From the NCBI RefSeq assembly GCF_009914755.1, contig NC_060934.1: a stretch of 64,000 nucleotides of DNA; one strand, 5' to 3'. Positions 40,433-64,000 of this stretch are shown piece by piece. Made by a program: the position numbers and the translations under genes. Below the pieces are notes generated by a model. The model saw only the letters and a list, made by a program, of their open reading frames with translations, did no database searches and had not been told where the DNA came from. Numbering within the stretch: the first letter of the stretch is position 1; each line of letters begins with the position of its first letter. This DNA comes from the human T2T-CHM13v2.0 reference genome, Homo sapiens.

Positions 40433-41448
40433 ATGGGGAAAAAACAGAGCAGAAAAACTGGAAACTCTAAAAAGCAGAGTGCCTCTCCTCCTCCAAAGGA
40501 ATGCAGCTCCTCACCAACAACGGAACAAAGCTGGACGGAGAATGACTTTGATGAGCTGAGATAAGAAGGCTTCAGAAGATCAAACTATTCGGAGCTACAG
40601 GAGGAAATTCAAACCAATGGCAAAGAAGTTTAAAACTGTGAAAAAAATTAGAGGAATGGATAACTAGAATAACCAATGCAGAGAAGTCCTTAAAGGAGCT
40701 GGTGGAGCTGAAAGCCAAGGCTCAAGAACTACGTGAAGAATGCAGAAGCCTCAGGAGCTGATGCGATCAACTGGAAGAAAGGGTATCAGTGATGGAAGAT
40801 GAAATGAATGAAGTGAAGCGAGAAGGGAAGTTTAGAGAAAAAAGAATAAAAAGAAATGAACAAAGCCTCCAAGAAATATGGGACTATGTGAAAAGACCAA
40901 ATCTATGTCTGATTGGTGTACCTGAAAGTGACATGGAGAATGGAACCAAGCTGGAAAACACTCTGCAGGATATTATCCAGGAGAACTTCCCCAATGTAGC
41001 AAGGCAGGCCAACATTCAAATTCAGGAAATACAGAGAACGCCACAAAGATACTCCTCGAGAAGAGCAACTCCAAGACACATAATTGTCAGATTCACCAAA
41101 GTTGAAATGAAGGAAAAAATGTTAAGGACAGCCAGAGAGAAAGGTCGGGTTACCCACAACGGGAAGCCCATCAGACCAACAGTGGATCTCTCAGCAGAAA
41201 CTCTACAAGCCAGAAGAGAGTGGGGGCCAATATTCAGCATTCTTAAAGAAAAGAATTTTCAACCCAGAATTTCATATCCAGTCAAACTAAGCTTCATAAG
41301 TGAAGGAGAAATAAAATACTTTACAGACAAGCAAATGCTGAGAGATTTTGTCAACACCAGGCCTGCCCTAAAAGAGCTCCTGAAGGAAGCACTAAACATG
41401 GAAAGGAACAACTGGTACCAGCCACTGCAAAAACATGCCAAAATGTAA
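40433..41448 (+). pseudogene. L1 ORF1, disrupted
   Basis: ATGGGGAAAAAACAG start, premature stops near 40560-40760, C-terminal 219 codons open. Confidence 0.9.
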
Positions 41449-41511
41449 AGACCGTCAAGGCTAGGAAGAAACTGCATCAACTAACGAGCAAAATAACCAG
41501 CTAACATCATA

Positions 41512-45330
<3,819 letters not shown>

Positions 45331-46299
45331 CAATGAGAACACATGGACACAGGAAGGGGAACATCACACTGTGGGGACTGTTGTGGGGTGGGGGGAGGGG
45401 GGAGGGATAGCATTAGGAGATATACCTAATGCTAAATGATGAGTTAATGGGTGCAGCACACCAACATGGCACATGTATACATATGTAACAAACCTGCACA
45501 TTGTGCACATGTACCCTAAAACTTAAAGTATAATAATAATTAAAAAAAATCACCAAAACTCCACCTTTCTTAGACAATCAATTTTAACATTTTGGTGATC
45601 ATGTCTTTATTATTTTCTCTATGTATATGTGAATCTGTGCTCTGTGTATGTAAATATACACACAAGTGAATATTTTTATATATACTTACATACAAAATAT
45701 ACATTATATGATGAAAATCATGTAATGCATCCTATTTTTTCCTTATTAATAGCTTTATAATTTTCTAAAGCTATTTTTTAGTTCTTCTCCTGTCTTCCTC
45801 TCCTCCATTCACCTGTCTTATGTTTTTTAACTCCATTGTCCTCCACAACCAAGTAACATTTTCCATGTGGACCTCTTTACATTCACTTGTCTATGCTTCT
45901 ACAGTCATTTATCAGCATATATGCATATATTTATGCTTGTAAGTGTGTTGGGAGAGTTTCCATTTTTTAAGGATCATATTAAACTTGCTTCTATTTGTTA
46001 AATTTTTCTTTTTAACAATACGTTGTAAAAATGTATTCAACTCCGTGCATATAAATTTAACCCACTCTTTTTTAGAGCAGTATAATTTTGCCTGGTGTAA
46101 ATTTATCAAAACCTTTTCAATGATATTTCTATTAAAGTTGACTCTTTCAGGTTTTATAACCATGAAAAGTATTACAATAAACTTCTTTGTCTCTATTCTA
46201 TCTGTGTATATATCTATCTATCATTTATCTATCAGTCTACCATCTGTCTACCTACCTTTCCTTATTCCTGGTGTCTTTGTTTCTATTAAAAAGATTTCC

Positions 46300-46603
46300 A
46301 GCTGGGCACAGTGGTTCACATCTGTAATCCTAGCATTTTGGGAGTCTGAAGTGAGAGGATTGTTTGAGGCCAGGAGTTTGACACAAGCCTTGGCAACATA
46401 GAGAGACCTTGTCTCTGCAAAAAATTAAAAAATTAGCTGGGCATGGTGATACATTCCTGCAGTCCTAGCTACTTGGCAGGCTGAATCTGGGAGGCTGGAG
46501 GATCAGTTGAACCCAGGAGTTCAAGGCTGCAGTGAGCTATGACCACCACTGCACTCTAGCCTGAGTGAGAGTGAGACCGTGTCTCTTAAAAAAAAAAAAA
46601 AAA
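46300..46603 (+). mobile_element. Alu (J-type)
   Basis: Diverged dimer with A-tail. Confidence 0.9.
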
Positions 46604-46964
46604 CTAGGAGTGAGACTCCTGGATTGGAAGGTATATGCATTTTCATTTTAATAAATATTGCCAGAGGCTTTCAAAAACCTAGTATGTTATCTATTTCAAC
46701 CAAGAATGTCAGAGTACCTATCCTAGCATAAGTGCTAATTCTAAAGTATTGCTTTTTCATTTTTGTGAATATGATGAATGAGGATTAAAATCTGATTGCT
46801 ATTTTAGTTTGCATTTCTATGATTATTAGTGAGGTTGAATATCCTGTCATGTATTTATGACCATTTGGATTTTCACTTCTCTAAAACAACATTTACATAA
46901 TCTCCTTTGTCCCTGTTTCTATTTGATTATTTGCACATTTTAGGAGCTTATTATATAGAGTGAG

Positions 46965-47145
46965 CTTGTGTTTAACTCCCACTTATAAATGAGAACATGT
47001 GGTACTTATTTTTCCATTCCCATGTTAATTCACTCTAGGATAGTGGCCTCCAGTTGCACCCATGTTGCTGCAAAGGACATGATTTCATTCTTTTTTATTG
47101 CTGTGTAGTATTCCATAGTGCATATGTATCCCATTTTCTTTTTTA
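46965..47145 (-). mobile_element. Old L1PA/L1PB 3' fragment
   Basis: cccacttataaatgagaacatg...catgttgctgcaaaggacatgatttcattc. Confidence 0.8.
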
Positions 47146-48780
47146 TCTGTATCTCTCTAATCCACCTGGCATTCACTCGATTTCCCCATATTTCCTTCTT
47201 TCCTGTTCCTCACCCTGATCATACTTGGTTTATTGATGGCAGTTCCACCAGGCCTAATCACCATTCACCAGCAAAGGCAGGCTATGCTATAGTATCTTCC
47301 ACACCTATCATTGAGGCTACCACTCTGCCCCCCTCCACTACCTCTCAGCAAGTTGAACTCATTGCCCTAACTCGAGCCCTCACTCTTGCAAAAGGACTAC
47401 CCATCAATATTTATACTGACTCTAAATATGCCTTCCATATCCTGCACCACCATACTGTTATATGGGCAGAAAGAGGTTTCCTCGCTACACAAGGGTCCTC
47501 TATCATTAATGCCTCTTTAATAAAAACTCTTCTAAAGGTCGCTTTACTTCCAAAGGAAACTGGAGTCATTCACTGCAAGGGCCATCAAAAGGCATCAGAT
47601 CCCATTGCTCAGGGCAGCACTTATACTGATAAGGTAGCTAAAAAAGCAGCTAGCATTCCAACTTCTATCCCTCATGGCAGTTTTTCTCCTTCTCATCAGA
47701 CACTCCCACCTACTCCCCCACTGAAACTTCCACCTATCAGTCTTCCCACACAAGGCAAATGGTTCTTGGACCAAGGAAAATATCTCCTTCCAGCCTCACA
47801 GGCCCATTCTATTCTGTTGTCATTTCATAACCTCTTCCTTGTAGGTTACAAGCCGCTAGCCCGCCTCTTAGAACCTCTTATTTCCTTTCCATCATGGAAA
47901 TCTATCCTCAAAATATCACTTCTCAATGTTCCATCTGCTATTCTACTACTCCTCAGGAACTTGTCAGGCCCCGCTCCCTTCCCTACACATTAAGCTTGAG
48001 AATTTGCCCCTGCCCAGGTCTGGCAAATTGACTTTACTCACATGCCTTGAGTCAGGAAACTAAAATACCTCTTGGTCTAGGGAGACAGTTTCACTGGATG
48101 GGTAGAGGCCTTTCCCACAGGGTCTGAGAAGGCCACCACAGTCATTTCTCCCCTTCTGTCAGACATAATTCCTTGGTTTGGCCTTCCCACCTCTATACAG
48201 TCCAATAATGGACCAGCCTTTATTAGTCAAATCACCCAAACAGTTTCTCAGGCTTTTGGTATTCAGTGGAATCTTCATACACTTTACTGTCCTCAATCTT
48301 CAGGAAAGGTAGAATGGACTAATGGTCTTTTAAAAACACACCTCACCAAGCTCAGCCTCCAACTTAAAAAGGAGGACTCTGTCAAGTATAGAGCCCAAAA
48401 ACTCACCAACCAAGCTGAACCCCCTTGGGCACTCTCTAATTGGATGTCCTGGGTCCTCCCAATTCTTAGTCCTTTAATACCTGTTTTTCTCCTTCTCTTA
48501 TTCGGACCTTGTGTCTTCCATTTAGTTTCTCAATTCATCCAAAACCATATCCAGGCCATCACCAATCATTCTATATGACAAATGTTTCTTCTAACAACCC
48601 CACAATATCACCCCTTACCACAAAATCTTCCTTCAGCTTAATCTCTCCCACTCTAGGTTCCCACATCGCCCCTAATCCCGCTCGAAGCAGCCCTGAGAAA
48701 CATCACCATTATCTCTCCATACCACCCTCCAAAATTTTCACCACCCCAACACTTTACCACTATTTCATTTTATTTTTCTT

Positions 48781-51269
<2,489 letters not shown>

Positions 51270-51283
51270 AAAAAAAAAAAAAA

Positions 51284-55215
<3,932 letters not shown>

Positions 55216-55460
55216 GATGACCCTCCACCTCCCAAACTCCCTTTCAATGAGGATTAATTTCAGACCCTGTTTGACATGCTGCAAAGCTCACCAGGGCATC
55301 ATCTTTAGGAGAAAGGTATCAGTCTTATTACACCAATTCAGGCCTCCTCTCTTGGATGCAAAGTTAGTATAATGCAAAGGATGGGGGAACAAGAAACACA
55401 ATAAATTGGAGAGCAAAACTAAGGCAAGAAGAAGCCACAGGCACTTTAAAACACAAAGAG

Positions 55461-55827
<367 letters not shown>

Positions 55828-56582
55828 TCACTTCATGACCTAGATAATTGTTTCTAAGCTCCATATTGCCCCTAGAGAAAGCATGGGAACCAGGCTGTGA
55901 ATGATTTCCCTGAATCCTGAATAACAAAAACATTTTCATGGCAAATATGATCTCCTCTCCATGACCATCACTTCCTTGGAAGTCTGTACCACGTACAAAC
56001 TGGAACCAAACCAAGGTAATGAGAAAAGGTGAAAAGGGGACTTGTCCAGACTTTTCTCCCTTTTGGCAAGTTCAAAAGTCAAACCTGAAGGCGGGCAAAT
56101 GGGCAGAACATGGGAGGATGCTAGATTTTCTCATCCTGTGAATTCATGACAAGGAGTTTTTATCCTAGCTCTGAGAGTTCCAAATGGGAACTGGAAGTTA
56201 CTTCACTCTCCATCTCTCAAGGATTGACTCAATGAGCTTATATCCATCCATAATACTGAGCTGTTATCATGTGTGAGTTTCCCTTTAAACATTGAAACAG
56301 AAAGAAAATGACAGTAAAAGTTACAATAGCCCCTCCATGAAATCATTAAACAAAGTCTATGAACATTAATATTCCCACTTTGTTAGCATTTTTGTTAGTA
56401 TTAACATGCATATCATGAAGCTTCCCTTTTTATTATAAATAAATTGTACATCAAGTTCAAGCCTCTTGGTTGTGTTTCTTCATTTGTGTTTTTTCTTTTC
56501 TATTTTTGTACCTTCCAAGGATACATCATGGATCTTCAAGCTGTAGGGGAGTTTCCACTGGTACATTAAAAATATCTTTGAA

Positions 56583-56883
56583 GGCCAGGCGCAGTGGCTT
56601 ACATCTGTAATCCCAGCACTTTGGGAGGCCGAGGCAGGTGAATCACAATGTCAGGAGTTCAAGACCAGCCTGGCCAACATGGTGAAACCCCATCTCTACT
56701 AAAAATACAAAAATTAGCCAGGCGCAGTGATGGGTGCCTGTAATCCCAGCTACTCAGGAGGCTTAGGCAGGAGAACTGCTTGAACCTGGGAGGGAGAATT
56801 TGCAGTGAGCCGGGATCCCGCCACTGCACTCCAGCCTAGGCGACAGAGCAAGACTCTGTCTCAAAAAAAAAAAAAAAAAAAAA
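56583..56883 (+). mobile_element. Alu (S-type)
   Basis: Dimer with a long A-tail. Confidence 0.95.
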
Positions 56884-57404
56884 GTCTTAGAAAACGAAAT
56901 GTTAATTTCCTTGTGTTATTTTATCAATATACCCTCTGTCCCATCTTTTTTACAATTCCATTAGTCCTTTGCATTGTCTCCTTTCATATATACATGTGAG
57001 AGCAAGGACAGGGTACCCAGCTCTAGTTCATAGCTTGCATCTACAAAGGTGCCAGTCTGGAATAACACCACAGTGTCATGCAGTGAACTTCTTGGGATGA
57101 CTCTGGATGCATTATGCCAAAGGGTTTCTTTGGTTTGTGTATGCAGAGCACAAGTGCCAGAAAATTCTAAACTCATTTTTTACTGGTGGATTACTCCAAG
57201 TAGAGGATACTTTTCCACATAATGCTGATTACGTTAACTGTGAAATTAGGATCTCTGTGTGTTTCACAGACAGACAGACACACACCCACACACACACAAA
57301 TAGTAGCATCACAGATTCCCCTTAAATAAGCTGAAAAATTTATTTGACAGCATTAGGACTATGCCGTTAGTTGTTTTATTCTCAATTATACCCCCAGATA
57401 TTTT

Positions 57405-57694
57405 TTATTTTTATTTATTTATTTTTTTTCTGAGACAGAGTCTTGCGCTGTTGCCCAGGCTGCAGTGCAGTGGCACGATCTCGGCTCACTGCAAGCTCTG
57501 CCTCCTGAGTTGACGCCATTCTCCTGCCTCCGCCTCCCGAGTAGCTGGGACTACAGGCACCTGCCACCACGCCCAGCTAATTTTTTTTTGTATTTTTAGT
57601 AGAGACGGGGTTTCTCGATCTCCTGACCTCATGATCTGCCCGCCTCAGCCTCCCAAAGTTTTGGGATTACAGGTGTGAGCCACCACACCCAGCC
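57405..57694 (-). mobile_element. Alu (Y/Sc-like) with about 20-nt internal deletion
   Basis: ggggtttc|tcgatctcc junction; TSD acccccagatatttttt on both sides. Confidence 0.92.
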
Positions 57695-58025
57695 ACCCCC
57701 AGATATTTTTTATATGCCATCAGAGATGAGACAGTCTAGTATTTCTAGTCATGCCTATATTTTCAAGAGTGATGTGATCATAGTTCTCTGGTTCATTAAA
57801 AAAATCTGATATTGGCCAATTTTAAGATACATACAAAATATATCTCTATGTATATATACCTCTCCATCTATCTCTAAATGCATATAAAGTGTATCTCTCT
57901 GTGTCTATATCTACTTCAACAATCCCGTCACCTCTCCTCATCACACCCTTCTATTCTTGTTTGTATATATACAGATGTGCCTACAGCTAATGTTGAAAGA
58001 GGAGGAGTCTTTTCTTTGGCAGAAA

Positions 58026-59331
58026 TGCCGAGACCAGCTCGGTCAGGGAGACCTCTAACCCAGCAGTGCTAGAGGAATTAAACATACACACACAGAAATA
58101 TAGAGGTGTAAAGTGGGAAATCAGGGGTCTCACAGCCTTCAGAGCATTAATTAGCATTGTTTCTATAGACATTCGATTAACTAAAAGTATCCCTTATGGG
58201 AAACAAAGGGATGGGCCGAAATAAAGGGGTGGATCTGGCTACTCTGAGTAATTTAAAAGGAAAGGGCTCAAATGTAGCTATAATATTTCCCTGTTGATCT
58301 GGGGGGGTGTATTCCAACAGGGAATCACCAAGCCTCTAAATCACTCTCTCATCTAGCTTGCTGAATTCCTGCCTGACTAGAACTAAGAGCAGTCGCTCTA
58401 GGTGCTGCTCGAACAGTCACTGGGGCAACTACTTTTTGCCCAGTGTCCTCCGGAAAAGAAAGATCTGGAAGGTCATTTTCTTCAAAATAATAAGGAGGGG
58501 GTGCAGAAGGGTAGGGATGAACCTCTCCCTCCTTTGCCACTTTAGCTTCAGCTGGTAAATAAACCTGCTCTGTAACCTCTTCTGTTACTTTGTTATACTC
58601 TCCTTCCTCCTCCTCATCAGTGTGAAAAAGTTCCTAGGTGGAATGAACCAGACCCCACACTTGTCCCATTGTTACCCTGATGCTTCCAAGCTCCCCTTCT
58701 TACTCACCACGGGGATTGCTTTAAGAGTACTCAGGTGTCCTCCAGCTTAGTTCCACATTCTCCAACTGTTGCTCCGGCGACCCTTCGACCTGGATTTGAG
58801 TCCCCATGATGGACACCACTTGCTGAGACCAGCTCAGTCGGGGAGACCCTAACCCAGCGGCACTAGAGGAATTAAACCCACACACACAGAAACAGAATTG
58901 TAAAGTGGGAAATCAGGGGTCTCACAGCCTTCAGAGCTGAGAGCCCTGAACAGAGATTTAACCACGTATTTATTAACAGCAAGCCAGTCATTAGCATTGT
59001 TTGTATAGATATTCGATTAACTAAAAGTATCCTTTATGGGAAAGGAAGGCATGGGCCCAAATAAAGAGGTGGGTCTGGCTAGTCATCTGCAGCAGGAACA
59101 TGCCCTTAAAGCACAGATTGCTCATGCTATTGTTTGTGGCTTAAGAATGCCTTTAAGCGGTTTTCCACCCTGGGTGGGCCAGGTGTTCCTTGCCCTCATT
59201 CCAGTAAACCCACAACCTTCCAGCGTGGGTGTTATGGTTATCATGAACATGTTACAGTGCTGCAGAGATTTTGTTTATGGCCAGTTTTGGGGCCAGTTTA
59301 TGGCCAGATTTTGGGGGGCCTGTTCCCAACA
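58026..59331 (-). mobile_element. Internally deleted HERV-K(HML-3)/HERVK9 provirus with MER9 LTRs
   Basis: 5' LTR 58821-59331 (TGTTGGGAACAGGCCCCCCAAAATCTGGCC), Lys-type primer binding site at about 58801-58818, gag remnant, partial 3' LTR 58026-58241, TSD cagaaa / cagaag. Confidence 0.88.
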
Positions 59332-60013
59332 CAGAAGTGGTGGGCTATACCTTGTGAAACAAGAGTTCTGGATACAGTGGCCTTAAGAAAAACAAGTTTC
59401 TCTTTTGGCAAAAGAATCAAAGTGATGGCCTTTGGTTCTGAAAGGAAAGAGTGACTCCAGTAGCATGAGGACTTTAAGATTTGGGGAAACTTGAATTGCC
59501 AAAGGCAATAAATGGTGCTGAAAGCTGGAGTTCAGCTGGTTTTGTGGTCCTGGTCAGCCAGCCCAAAGAAGCCTGAGATCCAGGCTTGCACAGTGGATCC
59601 TATCCCATCACCTGACAGCCTGTGCAAAAACACATCTGCATGCTCCCAGAAGTCCCTGGCTACTGAGTCAATCATATCTACTGCTCTGGGAAACCACAGA
59701 GTTTGGGAGGGTGAGTGATAAAATGGCTGTTGAAGGAAGTCTGGTGCCAGAAGAGTGATGGCACCACCACTGCCACTGCTGCCAGAGTCCAAGTCCAGGC
59801 TGGAAAAAAAGGGCTTTTCTCAGTAAAGCCATCTGCACCTAAAGGGAAAAACCCTGAGGATTCAACAAGAGCATAATGAAGCTTTCCACCTCCCCCTTCT
59901 GAGAACTGGGGACAAGAAGTCTTCAAAACCAAGTTATGGGACTAGCAGGCCACTTCTAGTTCAAGTGGCATGGGTCATTGGGTGCTGCCTGGCAACCATC
60001 CTCTCAGAGTGGG

Positions 60014-60368
60014 TGATATGGTTTGGCTGTGTCCCCACCCAAATCTCAAGTTGAATTGTATCTCCCAGAATTCCCACATGTTGTGGGAGGGACCCAGGAG
60101 GAGGTAATTGAATCATGAGGGCTGGTCTTTCCCATGGTTTTCTCATGATAGTGTATAAGTCTCATGAGATCTGGTGGATTTATCAAGGGTTTCTGCTTTT
60201 CCTTCTTCCTCATTTTCTCTTGATGGCAGCCATGTAAGAAGTGCCTTTCTCCTCCCACCATAATTCTGAGGCCTCCCCAGACACGTGGAACTGTAAATCC
60301 AATTAAGCCTCTTTTTCTTCCCAGTCTTGCATATGTCTTTATCAGCAGCATGAAAACAGACTAATACA
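60014..60368 (+). mobile_element. THE1-type MaLR solo LTR
   Basis: TGATATGGTTTGGCTGTGTCCCC...GACTAATACA; 5-bp TSD gtggg on both sides. Confidence 0.95.
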
Positions 60369-61439
60369 GTGGGGAAGAAACTATAGGTGTGAGACGTGGC
60401 CATTTCACCTCTGGAGCCAAACTCAGCTTAGTTCCTGGCTGGGTGCCAAGGATTTATTCTTTAGCAAAAGTCTCTGCAATTAGTGACCCTCAATCAAGAT
60501 CTTTTTACCCTGTGGAATCCCTCCCAACCACAGGACTCACTGTATTGGTGCTCTGCTCACAAACAAGCCCCAGCTGAAACCTGAGGCCAGAGAGCAACCT
60601 ACTAGCTGTGAAGAATCCTAGAGTTCCACAGGACATTACTTCTATTAATACTCATAATGTTTCATTTAGTTCAAGCAAGCAGCTTTTCTGATACTCAATC
60701 ATAAACAAACAACAACAACACACACATACACACACACAGTGCTCACACATGCACAAAGCAACATTGTAATCTATTTGATGTATCTAGTTTCACAGGTAAT
60801 CAGTCTCATTTACAAATCAATCTGGCTAGTTTTTCTTGTCCTCATGGTAATATAAGGAACTTGTGTTTTTCAGGTATCTGTGGTGAAAGAGCCCTCTTGC
60901 CAGCTGGAATTATTTAAATGTAGCAATTTTCATCCAGTCATTGCTTTACAACACAGATGTGATATCCACAGCCTACTAAGGAGTTGTTACAGATTTTTTT
61001 CCATTTATACATGAAGTAGGTCTTCAGATTTACTTCTTTTTTTTCCTTTCTTTTCCACCTTTCTTTCTTCCTCTCTTTCATTATCTTCAATTTTGAGGAA
61101 AGTTTTATTTTTCAGTAAAGAGATCTTGCATGATACCTCACATCTTTCATTTAACCTGTTCTCCAGCACCACCCTTCTCCCAGCTTATTAAGCAGTGCAA
61201 TCTTTGTCTGAGTTCAAGAATTTCTTGACTTACCCTGACAGTAGCACTCAAGAACAGGTGAGCCTAACCACTTGCAGTCTGTTTACCTTTTCTTTAAAGT
61301 GAAAAGGAGGATGTCCCATTTTTTGCCTTTTGGTTTTTATCAGATGATATAGCTTTGCCATAATTTGTAGTTACAGTAGATTAGTTACCATCTGTCCAAG
61401 ATGCAATGCTGTTTGGTATAATCTATGGGACCTAACATA

Positions 61440-62483
<1,044 letters not shown>

Positions 62484-64000
62484 TCAGGAAGCAGAGCAAG
62501 ATGGCCAGAGCCCTCCAATGATCATTCCCCATGCCCTGCAGGAACACCAACCTGGACAACTATCCGCACAAAAAAACACCTTCATAAGAACCAAAAATCA
62601 GGTGAGCAATCACAGTACATGGTTTTAACATCATATCAAGGACAGAGGCAGTGAAGAGGGAAGGAAAGAGTCTTGAATTGCCTACACTACCCCCATTCAC
62701 TGGCAGCATCAAGTGGTATGAGAGAGATCTGTGTACTTGGGAGAGAGAGAGCAAAGTGATTATGGAACTTTGCATTGGAATGCTGTCACAGCAGAAAGCA
62801 ACACAGGACACAGTTCAGCCAGCACTCACAGAGGAAGCATTTAGACCAGCCCTAGCCAAAGAGGAATTGTCCATTCCAGGGGTCAGAATCTGGATAGACC
62901 CACCACCATGGGATGAAGTACTCTGGGATCCTAAATAAACTTGAAAGGCAGTCTAGACACAAGGACTGAAATTCCTGGGCAAGTCCCTATGCTAGCTGGG
63001 CTCAGAGCCAGTGGACTTGCTTGAGGTGTAGGTGACCCAGTGAGATATCACCTGGAGTGGCCAAGAAAGTGCTTGCCTCACTCCTCCCCGCCAACTCCAG
63101 GCAGTGCAGCTCACAAATGTGGGAGAAAAAAGAGTAAAGGGGACTTTGTCTTGCAACTTGAATACCAGCTCAGCCACAGTAAAATAAAGCACCAAGCAGA
63201 GTCCTGAAGCCCCAATTCTAAGCCATAGCTCCCAGATGAAATTTCTAGACTCATCTTGGGCCTGAAGAAAACCCACTGCCCTCAAGGAAAGAAGCCAGTC
63301 CTTGCAGAATTCACCCCCTGCTAACTAAAGAGCCCTTGGGCCCTGAATAAACATCAGTGGTAACCAGGCAGTAAGTACCATGGATTTTGGATGAGACTCA
63401 GTACATTGCTGGCATCATGTGCAACCCAGCACATTCCCAGCTCTGGTGGCCACAGGGAGGGACTCCTGCTTGAGGAAAGGAAAGGGAAAAGTAAAAAGGA
63501 CTTTGTCTTGTAACTTGGGTACCAGCTCAGTCTCGGTAAAATAAAGCATCAAGCAGATTCCTAAAATCCCCAATCCCAGGCCCTAGCTCCGAGATGGCAT
63601 TTATAGACTCACCCTGAGACAGAAGGTAAATTGCTGCACTGAAGAGAAAAATTCAGTCCTGGCCAGGATTCATCACCTGCTGACTACAGAGCCCTTGAAC
63701 ATTGAATAAACATCAGTGGTAGCCAGGAAATTGTCACCAGAGGCCTTAGGTGGGACCCAGTACTGTGCTGGCTTCAGGTGTGACCCAGCACAATCCCAGC
63801 AGTGATGGCTATGGGAGTGCTTGTGTCACCCCTTCCTCAACTCCAGGCACCTCAGCATGGAGAGAAAGACTTTGTCTGTTTGGGAGAAGGTATGGGAAGA
63901 GAACAAGAGACTGTCTGGTAATCCAGGGACTTCTCTCAGATTTCACCCAAGACCACTAAGGTGATACTTTTATGGGTCTGCAAGAGTCACAGCATTACTG
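62484..64000 (+). mobile_element. Old L1 5' UTR (L1PB/L1M-type) with internal repeats of about 350 bp; runs off the window
   Basis: Starts gcagagcaagatggcc; duplicated blocks ggactttgtcttg(c/t)aactt...gaataaacatcagtggt at about 63140-63420 and 63500-63790. Confidence 0.75.

Noticed and set aside
63130-63800. Direct repeats of about 350 bp as a novel array
   Set aside because: They are consistent with internal repeats of old L1 5' UTRs; there is no spacer structure.

Overview
This window is human genomic DNA from the collectin cluster (10q22 by established synteny). The sequence shows two genes facing each other: the unprocessed pseudogene MBL1P (+ strand, 4 exons, 3711-6419) and the complete SFTPD gene (- strand, non-coding exon 1 at about 32301-32340, then 7 coding exons giving 375 aa). 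This SFTPD haplotype encodes Thr31 and Ala180. Everything beyond about 33 kb is transposon-derived or unannotated. It contains old L1 fragments, a solo LTR, a dead full-length L1PA with an open antisense ORF0 pointing at SFTPD, and a HERV-H copy ending in poly(A). A human-specific pre-Ta L1 with a 5' inversion is nested inside that HERV-H. An internally deleted HERV-K(HML-3)/MER9 provirus, a THE1 LTR and many Alus follow. I found no convincing new biological system. The best leads are the nested HERV-H/L1 structure, a phase-compatible ORF0-to-SP-D splice possibility, an extra lectin-site lesion in MBL1P and a perfect 84-bp intronic duplication in SFTPD. All coordinates and repeat subfamily names were read by eye and need tool confirmation.
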